Part shown: piece by piece, positions 24,798-39,060 of the stretch
How the letters are laid out: each line of letters opens with the position of its first letter
Numbering within the stretch: position 1 is the stretch's first letter
NCBI RefSeq assembly: GCF_963921235.1
Contig: NC_086108.1
Coordinates: 103,542,001-103,606,000 of the forward strand
From: Mobula hypostoma
Taxonomy: Eukaryota
Length of the DNA stretch: 64,000 nt
Direction of reading: 5' to 3'
The notes under the pieces: model-generated
Databases searched by the model: none
What the model saw: only the letters and a program-made list of their open reading frames with translations
What the model was told of the DNA's origin: nothing
Translations under genes and position numbers: made by a program

Positions 24798-26121
24798 AGG
24801 ACTTTACAGCCTGGAATATAGGAGAATGAGGGGAGTTTGATAGAAGTACACAAAATTATGAAGGAGACAAGGTAAACGCAGGTAGCCTTGTTCCACTGAG
24901 GTTGGGAGAGACTAGAGCTGGAGGTCGTGGGTTAAGGGTGAAAGGTGAAGTATTTAAGGGGAACATGACAGGGAACTTCTTCATTCAGAGGGGAGGTGAG
25001 AGTATAAAACAAACTGCTAGCAGAAGTGGCGGATCCACGTTTAATTCCAACATTTAAGAGAAATTTGGATAGGTACATGGATGGGTGGGGCGGTATGGAG
25101 GGTGTTGTTCCAGTGCAGATGAATGGGACTAGACAGAATAGTAGTTTGGCACTGACTAGATGGGCTGTACGGCCTGTTTCGGTGCTGTAGTGTTCTATGA
25201 TGCTATGACGGCCTCCCCATATTGAGATTAACAAGTTTCACACTCATATTAAACTTATATTGATGTCACTTGAACTTATTACAGTTAAACTGAGAGGCAG
25301 AAAGCTGCACAGGACATCATGAGTTCATGTTCACAAATGGACAACACTGCTGAACGACGCTTCTTTATTACTGCACATATTTATTTCATGTTCATAAAGG
25401 TGATGCTCAGCACAAGACTGTCTGTAAATAAGGTGACTGACAGGAAATGATAAAGTAGTGGCGGTTGGGGTTGTGGAGGAGTGGGTTAGTGGGTGGAGGT
25501 GTTGATCACGTCATGAACATCTAGTCTCATGTGCTTAGCACCTGAGGCTCAGGGCGTGTTGGGAAAACAGAAATCAATTGATTACGGAAGGTCATTACAG
25601 TAGCTAAAGTATACTTGATATGCTTCAAGTGCAAAGAGGAGAAATGCAAGATGAAAGATGGTTGGAAAAGCACATCAGTCAATGCCACTTGGTAATATTC
25701 ATAAAATTATTACAGCACAGAAGGATTCAATTTGGCTCATCAGGTCTATGCTCCTTGAAGGTGCAATCCAGTCAGTTCTATTCCCTAGCTCCTTACTTGT
25801 GGCCAGTACTATTTACTTCCTTTAGTAGTTAACAATTAACATCTTAACTTTACTTTTGAGAAGGGTCAACTCTGCCCATTGGCAAAAACCTTTGGCTCCA
25901 AGGTCAAGGTCTTGCTTGCACTACCATAGCACACTATTTAATTTTTCACCTGTACAGCTTAAAACTTGCCTCCAGAAACCACAAAGTTTTGAGGCCAGAT
26001 TTTTTCCCTTAGTTAATGGAAAATTAAAGAATTGACTAACCAGTATACACCACAAAAGCTTTACACGTTTCATCATTGGACATTCTGGCTGATATTTAAC
26101 AAAGCATTTTTGTCTTCTTAC

Positions 26122-26230
26122 CCGTACAAACATTTCCAGTTCAATCTTCCTTCGCTTTTCAAGCTTCTCAATCTCAATCTGACAGCATTGACAGGTGTAG
26201 AGATGATTAACAGCTGGCCCCCCTCCAAAC
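26122..26230 (-). CDS. USP33: USP33 coding exon (109 nt): [36 protein letters not shown]
   Basis: Within ORF 25921..26301; acceptor ctctcag|G, donor CGG|gtaaga; phase 2 to 0. Confidence 0.95.
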
Positions 26231-26304
26231 CTGAGAGCAGAGCAGAAGTTCAACCTTTTTTGCAAAACTGCATAACAAAACAAGGAGGAAATATGCCACA
26301 AGAC

Positions 26305-27300
26305 ATAGGAGTTTGCTCCACCATTCTATCAGAGCTGAATTATTATCCCTCTCAAACCTATTCTCCTCCCTTCTCCCTATAACTGTTGAAACTCTTACTA
26401 ATCAAGAATCTATCAATCTCCACTTTAAATATACCTAGAGACTTGGCCACAGCTGTCTGTGGCTATGAATCTTGGATTCACCACCTTTTGGCTAAAGAAA
26501 TGCCTCCACATTTCTGTTCTTCTATTCTGAGGCTGTGCCCTCTGGTCCCAGACATTCCCACTATTGGAAATATCCTCTCCACATTCACTTCAACCAGGCT
26601 TTTCAATATTCGATATTTTAATGAGAACCCTCCTCATCCTTTTAACATTCAGCATGTACAGGCTGAGAGCAATCATATACTCCTCATATATTAACCCTCC
26701 CATCCCCAGGATCATTTTCATAAACCTCTGGACTCACTCCAATGCCAGCACATCCTTCTGTAGATAGGGTGGCCAAAACTGCTCACAATATTCCAGATGC
26801 AGTCTGATCAATGCCTTATAAAGCCTCAGCATTACATCCTTGCTTTTATATTCAAGCCTTTTTGAAACAAATGTTAACATTGCAATTGCCTTCCTTACTA
26901 CTGACTCAGCCTGCAAATTAACCTTTAGGAAATTTTGCACTAGGACTCTCAAGTCCCTTTGCACCTCTGAATTCTTAATAATTCCCCCATTTAGAAAATA
27001 GTCTACCCCTGCAAAAGAGTCTTGGCCTGAAACACCAACTGTACTCTTTTCCATGGAGGAAACTGTACTCTCCTCCAGCATTTTGCGTGTGTTGCTTGGA
27101 TTTCCAGCATCTGCAGATTTTCCTTTGTTTGTGATTAGTCTACCCCTTTATTCCTTTTACAAAAGAGCATGACCATACATTTCCCTATCTTTTGTTCCAT
27201 CTGACCTTCTTTGCCCAATCTTCTCTGCAGACTCCCTACTTCCTCAGCACTACCTGCCCTTCCACCTATTTTTGTATCATCCCCAAACTGACAGCACCTG
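26305..27300 (-). mobile_element. CR1 3' remnant
   Basis: LYKALIRLHLEYC and FGDDTKIGG in the ORF track. Confidence 0.8.
27011..27135 (+). mobile_element. Short Penelope terminal-repeat insertion with 12-bp TSD tagtctacccct
   Basis: TSD at 26999-27010 and 27136-27147 inside an old CR1. Confidence 0.8.
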
Positions 27301-27702
27301 TCATGACTTGTTTGGCCAAAAACCGCTCTATGATTAAGTATTTTTGAAATGCTACAGAGTTCCAAGTTAGAGATATACTCCAATTAATTTACCCACAGGA
27401 AAACCTCAGGAATAGCATGAGATAAATATTAAAAAATCTATTTTAATGCTTATACCTCAATAAATATTGATCATGGGGTTAGCACAGAACAGGAGATGAG
27501 GGCATTGAGGAGGCATCACACAGAGTACACAAATGTAATCAAGGAATCCCATTACACTATTGCCAATTGAAAGATCTAGGTGTCTTGGGAGGGGACAAAG
27601 ATAGCTATTCTAAGGGTAACACAGGCCAAGTTAACAACACGTTCTGAATGACTTACTCAGGAAATGGTATCATCCTTGAGTTCAATGTAGAAATTACAGA
27701 AA

Positions 27703-28264
27703 TTTTATTAGGTACAGGAGTGGAACCTGTTGTGGTCTTCTGCAGGTGCAGCCCATTCACTTCAAAATTCAATATGTTGTGCATTCAGACAACACTGTTG
27801 TAGCACATGGTTATCTGAGTTACTGTCACCTTCCTGTCAGTTTGAACCAGTCTGGCCATTCTCCTCCGACCTCTCATTAACAAGGTGTTTTTACCCACGG
27901 AACTGCTGCTCACTGGGTGTTTTTTTGTTTCTCCACATCATTTTCTGTAAACTCTAGAGTAGGGGTTCCCAAAGTTTTCAATGCCATGGACCCCGACCAT
28001 TACCGAGGGGTTCGTGGACCATGGGTTGGGAACTCCTGCTCTAAAGACTGTTGTGTGTGAAGATCCCAGGTGATCAGCAGTTTCTGAGACACTCAAACCA
28101 CACTTTCAGATCACATTTCTTCCCAGTTTGATGTTTGGTCTGAAGAACAACTTAACCTCTTGACTATGACCATATGCTTTTATGGATTGTGTTGCTGCCA
28201 CATGATTGGCTGATTAGGTATTTGCATTAGTGTACAGGTGTACCAAATAAAGTGGCCATTGAGT
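27703..28264. mobile_element. Non-autonomous Tc1/mariner-derived element hosting the hAT MITE
   Basis: Ends tttattaggtaca ... tgtaccaaataaagtggccattgag are inverted to each other and resemble Tc1-type TIRs. Confidence 0.65.
27960..28038. mobile_element. hAT (Charlie-like) MITE, 79 bp, 8-bp TSD ctctagag/ctctaaag
   Basis: TIR (t/c)aggggttcccaa...ttgggaactcctg. Confidence 0.8.
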
Positions 28265-28749
28265 ATATCAGGATGCAATAGTAACTTGCACCTGGTCAAG
28301 CTTTCTGCCATGCAAGTAACCCATTGACACATTTCATCTGGGGGAAAACATCAGTAGCATGCTGCATCTTTTACTTTTTAAAAATTGAATTATGATTCCA
28401 AAATTGTGGAAAGTCACTACAGTAGCTAAAATATACTTGATATGGGCATTTATCTGTGAAAACTGAAAATCAATGTCCTTGTCTATCATGCACTGTCTAG
28501 TCTATCAAATTCCTCAAGCAGTTTTGAGGTTTAAGTTATTTGCAGAAGAGCATTATATAATCATCCGTGAAGGATTGAATATCACAACTCCATTTATATT
28601 GGCCTATCACTTTGCAAGTATCTGTTTATGTGTGAAGAACAGTGCCCTAGCAAGGAAGATATCTTGTGGGCCACCAACAAAGCCACCTTGGACATGAATA
28701 GGTAAGTATTAACACCACACTGTCATGGCTCAGAGACCCGATTACCTAC

Positions 28750-28831
28750 CTGCTGTACAAATAATCCCACACATTCTGAGGCAGCATCACTACGAGCTCA
28801 TCTATGTAACCAGCTTTCCGAGGGGGAACAC
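28750..28831 (-). CDS. USP33: USP33 coding exon (82 nt): (G)[26 protein letters not shown](R)
   Basis: Manual translation; acceptor attgcag|GT, donor GCAG|gtaggt; phase 1 to 2. Confidence 0.95.
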
Positions 28832-30626
28832 CTGCAATAGACACATTTTAATGGATGTGAGATTTTTGCATGACTAATCACATTTAATTTAGAGGGATGT
28901 GGCACAGTAACAGTCTCTTCCAGCCCAGTGAGCTTGCACTGCACAAATACACCCATGGGACCAAATAACCTACTTACTCACAACGTCTTTGGAATATGGG
29001 AGGAAACTGGAGCACCCAGGGGAAACACATTAGGTCACAGGGAGAACATATAAACTCCCTACAAACAGTGGCAGGAAAAGAATATGGGTCGCTGACGTGT
29101 TAATAGTGTCACCCTAACCATGACACTACCTCTTGTTGTTTCTATGTAACTCTAATTTGTTTTTAATGGTTGGAAGATGGAGTACTAGGATAGCACAGCG
29201 GTTAGTGTGACACTAGTACAGCTCGAGGCATTCTAGGTGTTGGTGTTTAATTCTGGCACCGTCTGTAAGGAGTTTGTACATTCTACCCAAGAATGTATAG
29301 GTTTTCTCCACGTGCTCTGGTTTCTTTCCACAATCCAAAACATACCAGATAGTAGGTTAATTGGTCATTGTAAATTGTCCTTTGGTTAGGATAGGGTTAA
29401 GTAGTTGGGTTGCTGGGCAGTGCAGCTTGTTCAGCTGGAAAGGCCTGTTTCACATTGTATCTCTACATAAAAATACTCAGTGCTGTTAAAAAATGAAGAA
29501 TTTAGTTTTTCGTTTTTTTTTATTCTCACACGTGAAGACACAAAGTGAAATTTTTTGTTTTACATGCCATCCAAACAGATAGTTTGAAAACATAAGGATA
29601 TTGAGGTAGTACAAGGGAAACACAACAACAGGATGCAGAATACAGTGTTACAATCACAGAGGAAGTGTAGTGCAGAGGCCACAGCGAGGTGGATTGTGAG
29701 GTCAAGGGTTTACCTTTATCATACAATCATTCTGTTCCAGAATCTAGTACTGTGGGATAGAAGCTGTACTTGAACCTGTTCGTACATGTTCTTAATATTT
29801 TATATCATTTGCCCAGTAGGTGTGGAGAGTATACAGAATCAAAATCAGGTTTAGTATCACTGACATATGTTGTGAAATTTGTAGTTTTGTGACAGAAGTA
29901 CAGTACAATTCATAAGATAATATAAGAAATACATATAAAAATTAAACTAAATAAGTAATGAAAAAAGAAAGCGAAATAGTGAAATAGAGCTCATGGTCCA
30001 TTTGGAAATTGATGGCAGAGGAGAAGAAAGTGTTCCTAAAATGTTGAGTGTGGGTCTTCAGGTTCCTGTACCTCTTCCCTGATGCAGCAATGAGAAGAGG
30101 GCATGTCCTTTGTGATAGAGGTCCTTAATGATGGATGCCAACTTTCTGCAGCATCCCTGTTTGAAGATGTGCTCAACAACTCCTTGATTATACTCCAAGT
30201 CCATGGAGAGGAGGCTGGTTTGTGATTTTATTACAGTAATTCATTTTTAATCTAGCAGTGCAGAGTAGGCCTTTTCACCCCTTCGAGCCACACTGCTCCA
30301 GCAACCCCGACAAATCCGATTAACTCTATCGAGTCTTTGCTGGGGGCACTATTCCATGGGGAGTGGGGGTGGGAACTCCTGCTACCCTGGGCAGCCAAGT
30401 TCAGCATCATTAGTGAGTAAATAATGATTTTACAATTCTTACTGGATAGGCTTGGGATCAGAATCCTTCCTTTTGCCTAGAAGGACTGAGGTTAATTTTA
30501 AATGGGGGAGCTACCTAGGTCCTCAATGGCTCACGAAAGTGGAAGTTATGACCTGTGAACAGCCAAAGGGTTAAAGGGATGGGTTAATAATTTAGAAGCT
30601 ATAATGCACTTTGAACATTGCCTTAC

Positions 30627-30796
30627 CTCCATGAATGCAAAGGAACTCATTGTTGCTAATGGGCCCTGGCTCAGCAAAAGTCTTGAATTTGTTCAGCCAC
30701 TGACGTGATATGTAGAATTGAAGCAGACTAGGCTCCATCATATTCAGTAAGTTGGTCACTCTTTGCCTTTCTTTTTGCATCTCTTCGCTGCTTTTC
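30627..30796 (-). CDS. USP33: USP33 coding exon (170 nt): [60 protein letters not shown]1
   Basis: Within ORF 30592..30813; acceptor cctggcag|G, donor GGAG|gtaagg. [29 protein letters not shown] matches USP33 rather than USP20 as I recall them. Confidence 0.96.
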
Positions 30797-31289
30797 CTGC
30801 CAGGAAGAAACACAAGGCAACGTTACACCAAAATCGCAACAAGTCGGATGTCTCGATGTTCCCATCAACTTCGATTTTTCCCTTTGCTGTGTAATAATCT
30901 ATATTACTGCTCATGAAATCTGTTAGATTAGACTGTATAATTGCTATTTTCTTTGCAGTTTATCTTTCTTATTCTTGCTTGTATTTTCATACAACTACTG
31001 ATGTACTGTATATGCAATTGTTCAGTGTTTTTCCTAGTAGTTACAGTTCTTTGTATTATTTTGGAAGCTTCTTCAAAGTTCAAAATAAATTTATTATCGA
31101 AGTGTGTATATGTGTGTGTGTATGTGTGACAATATAAACCCTGAAATTCATTTTCTTTTGTGCATTCACAGTAACTACAAGAAACAAATAGAATCAACAA
31201 AAGGCCGACAAACAACCAATGTGCAAAAAACAACACTGTGCAAATACAAAAAGAAAAAAATATTTTAATTTTAATTTTATTTTTATTGA

Positions 31290-31565
31290 GATACAGGAGT
31301 AGGCCCTTCCAGCACTTCAAGCTGCGCTACCCAGCAATCCTCCAGTTGTTTTAATACTAGTCTAATCATGGGACAATTTATAATGACCAATCAACCTCCC
31401 AACTTGTACATCTTTGGAATGTGGGAGGAAACCGGAGCACACGGGGGAAATCCATGCGGTAATGGGGAGAACGTACAAACTCCTTACAGGCGGCAACCAA
31501 AATTGAACTTGGGTCGCCTACACTGTAAAGCGTTGTACTAACCACTATGCTATCGTGCCACCCCA
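31290..31565 (-). mobile_element. HE1/V-SINE-like tRNA-derived SINE, representative copy. Others at ~290-500, 670-895, 3483-3735, 12810-13340, 28890-29130, 29185-29470, 33060-33285, 50425-50670 and 56280-56470.
   Basis: tRNA-like head plus V-domain ggagtttgtacgttctcccc...gtgctccggtttcctcccacattccaaaga. Confidence 0.8.
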
Positions 31566-34259
31566 TAATAAATAAATAGGCAATAAATATCAAGAACATG
31601 AGACGAAGAGTCCTTGAAAGGGAGTCCATAGTTTGTGGGAATAATTCAGTGATGGGGTGAGTGAAGTCCTCCTTTCTAGTTCAAGAGCCTGATGGTTCAG
31701 GGGTAATAATTGTTCCTGAACATGGTGGCATGAGTCCTGACGCTCCTGTACCTTCTGCCTGATGGTAGCAGTGAGAACATGGACTGGATGGTAGGGGTCC
31801 TCAATGTTGGATGCTGCTTTCCTGCAACAGTGTTTCAGGTAGATGTGCTTAATGTTGGGGAGGGCTTTACCAGTGATGGACTGGGCATATCCACCACTTT
31901 TTGTAGGATTTTCCGTTAAAGAATATTGGTACTCCCTTTCTAGGTCATGATGAAACTAGTCAATATACTCTCCATCACACATCTACAGAAGTTTGTCAAA
32001 GTTTTAGATGACATGCTGAATCTTTGCAAACTTCTAAGAAAGTAGAGGCACAGCCTTGAACTGGGTATTACATTATTTGAATTGGGGATATCTGATTGGT
32101 TAACTCTTATGTACAAATTTGAATGGAATGTGTGTTATCAGCAACCCTGGTACAAGAGGCCAGAGCATTTGAACTTAGTCTCTTTCCTTTGTTCTCTTGG
32201 CCCATTGTCACTTTCTACTTCACTGATGAAGTCCTGATGAAGGGTCTTGGCTCAAAGCGTTGACTGTACTCTTTTTCTATAGGTGCTGCCAGGCCTGCTG
32301 TGTTCCTCAAGCATTTTGTGTGTGTTGCCCTCTCTTGCTAGTCTCCTTTCCAAACTCCTTTGCCCTCTTAGCATTTAATGAACAATCATGAGCAACAAGT
32401 GGTATGCTTTGTTCTTGACTTCTGAAAGAACCTTGAATCAGAAACATCAGAATCCAACATAACATGAGTGAAGAATTAGAATCAGGTTTAACATCACTGA
32501 CATATGTTATGATATTTGTGGTTTTGCAGCAGTATTACAGTGCAAGACAAAAACACTGTAAATTATAATCAGAAATATATATTAAAAAGTCAAATTAAAT
32601 AATTGGTTAAGAAAAGAGAAAAATATTGAGGCTATGTTCATGGGTTAGTTCATTGTCTTTTCAAAAATTTGATGGTGAGGGGCAGAGGCTGTTCCTAAAA
32701 CATTGAGTGTGGGTGCTCAGGCTCCTGTACCTCTTCTCTGACGGTAGCAATGAGAACAGGGCATGTCCTGTCCAGAGTAATGGGGTCCTTAATGATGGAT
32801 GCGCCTTTTTGAGGCATTTCCCTTTGAAGAAAACTCAAAATTTACATTCATTCTTAATTCACTATTTCAAATTGATCTAGGGTGAAAGATCAATAGGAGG
32901 TACCTTCACATGATACATCTCTCCCTACAAAGCTTATTTTCGAACCTTACATCATTACGTCCACTTAGGCTGTAATTCCAATGTCAGTCCTTTGGACCTT
33001 GCTTAATAGGACAGAATCCCCTCTTTCCCCATCAAAGATTAAAGATAAACATTTAAAGATTAGCTTTATTTTTCACATTGAATCATCAAGACATGCAGTG
33101 AAGTGTGTCGTTTGCATCAACTACAACACGGTCTGAAATACGCTAGGGGCAGCTCACAAGTGTCACCATGATTCCGGCGCCAACATAGCATCCCACAACT
33201 CACTAACCCTAAAAGATACGACTTTGGAATGTGGGAGGAAACTGGAGCACCTGGAGAAAACCCTTGTAGTCACTGGAAGATCAGTCCCTTGCTTTAGTAT
33301 ATAAGAGCTTTCAGAAAGATAATATTGAAAAACAGAAACACTAAAGCGAGCAGGTGCCTTACAATTGCTCTGCGTTCAAGAAGATCGTGAGGAACCTTTC
33401 ACATTAGCATTACTTTCCTTGAATCTCTTAATAGAGTCATTTACATGCCACGTAACTCAACTGAACTAATCTGAATACAACCGGTTTGATGTTTTATATT
33501 CCAAAACAAGAGAAAACCTACAGATGCTGGAAATCCAAACAACACACACAAAGTTCTGGAAAAACTTTGCAGGCCAGGCAGCATCAATGGAAAAAAGGAC
33601 AGTGGACATTCTGGGTCAAGATCCTTCGGCAGGACTAGAGGAAAAAAGATGAGGAGTAGATTTAAGAGGTGGGGAAGGGGAGAGGGGAGAAAACACAAGG
33701 TGATAAGGAAACCGGTAGGGGGAGGGATAAAGTAAAGAGCTGGGAAGTTGATTGGTGAAAAGGATACAGGGTTGGAGTCTGATAGGAGAGGACAGAAGGC
33801 CATAGATGCTGCCTGGCCTGCTGAGCTTCTCCAGCAATTTGTGAGAACTAATGAAACACTGCCCCCAAGAGCAACCAAAATGCCAAAAGACAACAAACTG
33901 TGCAAATATAAAAAACAATTATAATAAATAAACAATACATATCAAGAACATGAGCTGAAGAATCATTGAAAGTGAGTCTATAGGATGTGAGAACAGTTCA
34001 GTGATGAGGTGAGTGAAATTGAGAGAAGTTATCTGCATGCGCTGCAGGTGATATGTTGATGACAATTGTGCAGAGATTTCTTCAAACAAGTACTTCCAGG
34101 GGGTCTTGGTAATGGCAATCTCATCCAGCACAGCTTGATGGATACAATTAAATATTCCTACTTTTCCCTCATACAGCAGAGAATCACAACTGCTTCCAAG
34201 GTCTGTACAGTTAATAATGATGTCTTAATGTGATTGAATAAACTATCGCTGCTTAAAAC

Positions 34260-37200
34260 CAACGGAAACAATGCCGATTGTGGCCGCACTTCTTGCCAGA
34301 TTCCTTGTAGGAAGCGTGGCTACAGGTCAGGGATACAGATGCATTTAAGGAAACAGTTTGCAATATTGCTGGCAAACGTACAGTCTCTAGTAAATAAAAT
34401 CAAAGATCTCAGAGGCACGGTGCTGTATAAGAGAGACATTAGGACCGCTTGCTTCCTTTGTTTCTTGGAATCCTGGTAACCCATTCCATATCTGACACAG
34501 TGATTCAGATTGATGGGTTCACTATACACCACCAGGATAGGACTGTTGAGTCTCTCTCAAAAACAGGGGTGGAGGTGTATTCATCATGATCAACTCCTCT
34601 TGGTGCACAAATGTTATCAGTAATGTTCCAATTCTGCTTACAAGACCTGGAATATTTTGCTATTAAGTGCCGTCCATTTTACCTGCTACGGGAGATTTCT
34701 GTAATCATTTTGGTAGTGGTATACATTCCCCCTCAAGGCAAATGTCAAACAGGCTCTAGATGATCTGAGCAATGTAATCAACATGCACGAAACAGCACAC
34801 CCTAATGCCTTCACCATCATTTTGGGGGATTTTAAACAGGCCAACCTGAAAAAGTTACCAAATAGCTACCATCAACAAATTACTTGTAATACCAGAGGAA
34901 ACAACACACTGTTACACCACCAGGAGGAGAAGATGGTGGCGCGACGTAGCGCGCACGGCCTCTCCGGTAAATGATATCTGTATTTGTTAAGTAGGATGCC
35001 GTGCACAATCTGATTTGATGGAGACAGACATGAGAAGCACGGAGGAACATCTGGAGAAACTTCTGAAATGCCTGCTTCGTTGCCGCTGCTACTGTGCAAT
35101 TGAGAATCTTCGGAGGGGAAGGCCCCGAATCCTCGGCTTTGCCTGCTGCTTGGTGGCCGGGGTCAGGGTCGAAGCACTCAGCAGAAATGGTACTTGGTGT
35201 TGGAGGGCTGGTTAGAGGCATGAAGTTTTCGGACAGACTCAAGAGTTGGCTGTGGTCGGGTGCTTCCAGGGTGCTGCATTGGCAAGTTTGCGGCGCTGGA
35301 GGTTCATGGCAGGGAGAGTTTTCTTCCTTCTACCGTCTGCGTGAGATGATGGGGCTATTGGGACTTGAGACTTTTTTTTTTACCGAGCCCATGGTCTGTT
35401 CTTTATCAAATTACGGTATTGCTTTGCACTGTTGTAACTACATGTTATAATTATGTGGTTTTTGTCAGTTTTTTAGTCTTGGTCTGTCTTGTGTTTCTGT
35501 GATATCATACTGGAGGAACATTGTATCATTTCTTAATGCGTGCATTACTAAATGACAATAAACAAGGACTGAGTGTCCTCATAATCTAATCTAATCAAGA
35601 ATGCCTACCGTGCTTTTTCACATCCTCACTCCAAAAAGTCCGATCACCCGGTTGTACTTCTTCTCCTTGAGTACAGGCAGAGACTGAAAACTGCCACACC
35701 AGTAGTGAAGACCAAAAAGGTATGGACAAAGGAAGCACAGGAGCGCCTACAGGACTGCTTTGAATTGGTGGACTGGACTGTATTCAGAGAATCATCTTCA
35801 AATCTGGATGAGTATGCTGCAGTTGTTAGCAACTTCGTTAAAACCTGTGGGAATGAGAGTGTGCCTACAAAATCTTGCTGTACAATCCCAAACCAAAAGC
35901 CGTGGATGAACCAGGAGGTGCGCCATCTGCTGAGGGCTGGATCTGTGGCATTTCAGTCTGGTGACCCAGGTCTGTACAAGAAAACCAGCTATGACTAGTG
36001 GAGAGCTATTTCAAGAATGAAGAGGCAATTTCAAGTGAGGCTGGAGGCGATGTCGAATGCACGTCAACTCTGGCAGGATTTGCAAGACATTACTTCCTAC
36101 AGAGTGAAACCCAACAGCATGAATGGCAGCAATGCTTCACTACCAGATGAGCACAACACCTTCAATGCCCGTTTTGAAAGGGAGAATATAATTACAGTGT
36201 GAAGATCCTTGCTGCACCCAGTGGCCCTGTAATCTCTGTCTTGGAGGCTGATGTTAGGCTGTCTTTAAGGAGGGTGAACCCTTGCAAAGTGGCAGGATCC
36301 AAAGAAGTACCTGTTAAGGCTTTGAAAACTTGTGCCAACCAACTGGTGGGAGTATTCAAGGACATTTTCAATCTCTCATTGCTATGGTTGAAAGTTCTCA
36401 CCTGCTTCAAAAAGGCAACAATTATACCAGTGTCTAAGAAGAGTAGTGTGAGCTGCCTTAATGACTATCATCCAGTAGAGCTCACATCTACGGAGATGAA
36501 ATGCTTTGAGAGGTTGATCATGGCTAGAATGAACCACTGCCTCAGGTACGACCTAGACCCACTGCAATTTGCCTATCACCACGATTGGTCTACAGCAGAT
36601 GTAACCTCAATAGCTCTTTACAAGGCTCAGCGTTTAACACCATCATTCCCACAGTCCTGATAAACAAAAACTACAGAACCTAGGCCTCTGTACCTCTCTC
36701 TGCAATTGGATCCTGGATTGCCTAACCAGAAAACCACAATCTGTGTGGATTGGTGATAATATCTCCTCCTCACTGACTATCAACACTGGCGCACCTCAGG
36801 GATGTGTGCTTAGACCACTGTTCTACTCCCTCTATGAGAGGGTGTACAGGAGTGAGATATACCAGCTAGTTGAGTGGTGTCACAGCAACAACCATACACT
36901 CAATGTCAGTAAGACAGAAGTGCTGATTGTGGACTTCAGGGAGGGTAAGATGAGGGAACACAAACCAATCCTCATAAGTGGAGAGAGTGAGCAATTTCAA
37001 GTTTCTGGGAGTCAAGATCTCTGAGGATCTAACCTGGTCTGAAAATATCAATACAGCTATAAAGAAAGCAAGATAGCGGCTATATTTCATTAGGAATTTG
37101 AAGAGGTTTGGTTTGTCAACTAAAACCCTTGTGAACTTCTATAGATGTACCATGGACAGCATTCTGACAGGCTGCATCACTGTCTGGAATGGGAAGAGGG

Positions 37201-37665
37201 GCTACTGCACAGGACCAAAAGAAGCTACAGAAAGTTGTAAAATTAGTCAACTCCATCTTGGGTACTAGTCTCCGTAGTATCCAAGACATCTACAAGGAGA
37301 GGTGCCTCAGAAAGATGACGCCCATTATTAAGGACCCCCATTCCCCAGGTCAAGCTCTCTTCTCATTGTTACCATCAAGAAGGAGGTACAGAAGCCCGAA
37401 GGCACACACTCAGCAATTCGGGAACAACTTCTTCCTCTCTGCCATTCGGTTCCTAAATGGATATTGAATCCATGCACACTACCTCACTTTTTGAAATGTT
37501 TATTATTTCTGTTTCTGCACCATTTTTAAGCTATATTCAACATACATGCATATACTTACTGTAATCGAGTTGCCTCTTTCTATATTATCATATATTGCAC
37601 TGAACTGCTGCTGCTGTTAACAAATTTCACGACACATGTCGGTGATAATAAACCTGATTCTGATT
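34260..37665 (+). mobile_element. Rex1/Babar-like LINE, near full length but decayed; interrupted at 34923..35597 and lacking the FADD segment at ~36835
   Basis: ILLANVQSL and GDF APE motifs; NQKPWMN; CLNDYxPVxLTSxx[23 protein letters not shown]; (ctgatt)n tail. Confidence 0.88.
34923..35597 (+). mobile_element. ~670-bp non-coding, non-autonomous retroelement with a gaagatggcggcg-type 5' end and (CTAAT)n tail; copy 1
   Basis: Co-linear with 63267..63931 from end to end. Confidence 0.85.
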
Positions 37666-38215
37666 GAAATTTGAAAGGTGCTGGGATTGGCTATTTCTTG
37701 TTTGCTGATGGCAACACTCAGTACCTCGAGTGCCTGAACATCGGGCTTTGGTGGCATGTAAACTGTGGTCAGGATCACGGAGGAGAACTCTTAGGAAGGA
37801 GAATGGACAGTCAGGGGAACAAGTGTGCAACAACGCTTCCAAGCACCAGAAAGAGTTTATTATGAAATGCAGACCACCACCTTTTGCCTTCTCTGAATCA
37901 GCAGTCTGGTCCATCTTGTGTATTATGAAGCCCTTCGGTCCATTTGCTGAATCCAGCATGACCAGAGTGAGCTATGTCTCCATGAAACAGACAATACAGC
38001 AATTCCTCATTTCCCTCCAATACCGCAATCTTGCCCTGAGATCCTCAATTTTGTTCTCCAGCGACTACATCGGCTAACAAGATACTGGGTAGAAACGGTT
38101 TTATATCCCAGTGCTTTAGTCAAGCTCAGAGTCCTCCCCTCCTCTCTCTCTTACGGCCATGGTGATGTACCTTCATCTGCTTAAGGGTGCCGTACCTGCA
38201 ACCTTAAGAGTTAAG
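37666..38215 (-). mobile_element. 5' fragment of a second Rex1-like LINE (APE N-terminus)
   Basis: Minus strand encodes PSILLA...NKIEDLRARL...CFMET and GGGL motifs. Confidence 0.7.
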
Positions 38216-39060
38216 TATGCCGAGTCCTTCAGAAGATCATGAAAGCACTAGTTTGTTCAAAAGTATGTTATGTAAGGGGAAATTACAGGCTGCTGATTAC
38301 AATGAGAATAGTTCTGATGACGTATATAGTATTTATAAGTTTTGTAAGCTGCCCACAAAGCATTACTGTTTTTCACCAGCACCATCTTGAGATGCTTTTC
38401 TGGAAGACATCTTTTTCTCTGAAAAACAGCCTTTTCTGAAAATATGGTAGCTAATATGAATACACATAACTGATAGACAGAAAACAGCTGGTAGATTGGG
38501 AAAATCAGATTGGTAATGGATCTCAAGAGAGTGAATTTTTATATATATATAGTGCAGTCGTGAACAATAGCCAGATCAGCAATGCTGATCAAGTCAACTA
38601 GTTCCCAAAGAGGACTCTGATAGGCCAATCAGATGGTTCACTGCTGCTCAGCGATAGAACACAAAAAAATCATATGTACAATTAAGAAACACTGGAGTCA
38701 TGATGATCATGATGAAGTCTGCTGGAGAGAGACATTTATACACATGCTGTCCTCCATAATTCAAAGAGATTGAAGGTTAGGGTTGCAGGTGACAAAACGC
38801 AGCAGGAACACTTGGAACTCGTGGAATTTGGAACTTGGAATTTGTTGAATGCCTACAAGATGGCTTTTTAGAGCAGCTTGTCATTGAGCCTACTGAGGAT
38901 CAGCTATACTGGATTGGGTTATGAAATGAACCGGAGGTGATAAGGGAACTTAAAGTAAAAGAACCCTTCGAAGGCAGAGATCACAATCTAATTGAGTTCA
39001 ATGAAATTTGATAGGACAAAAATAAAGTCTGACTTAGCAGTATTTCAGTGGAGTAAGGGA

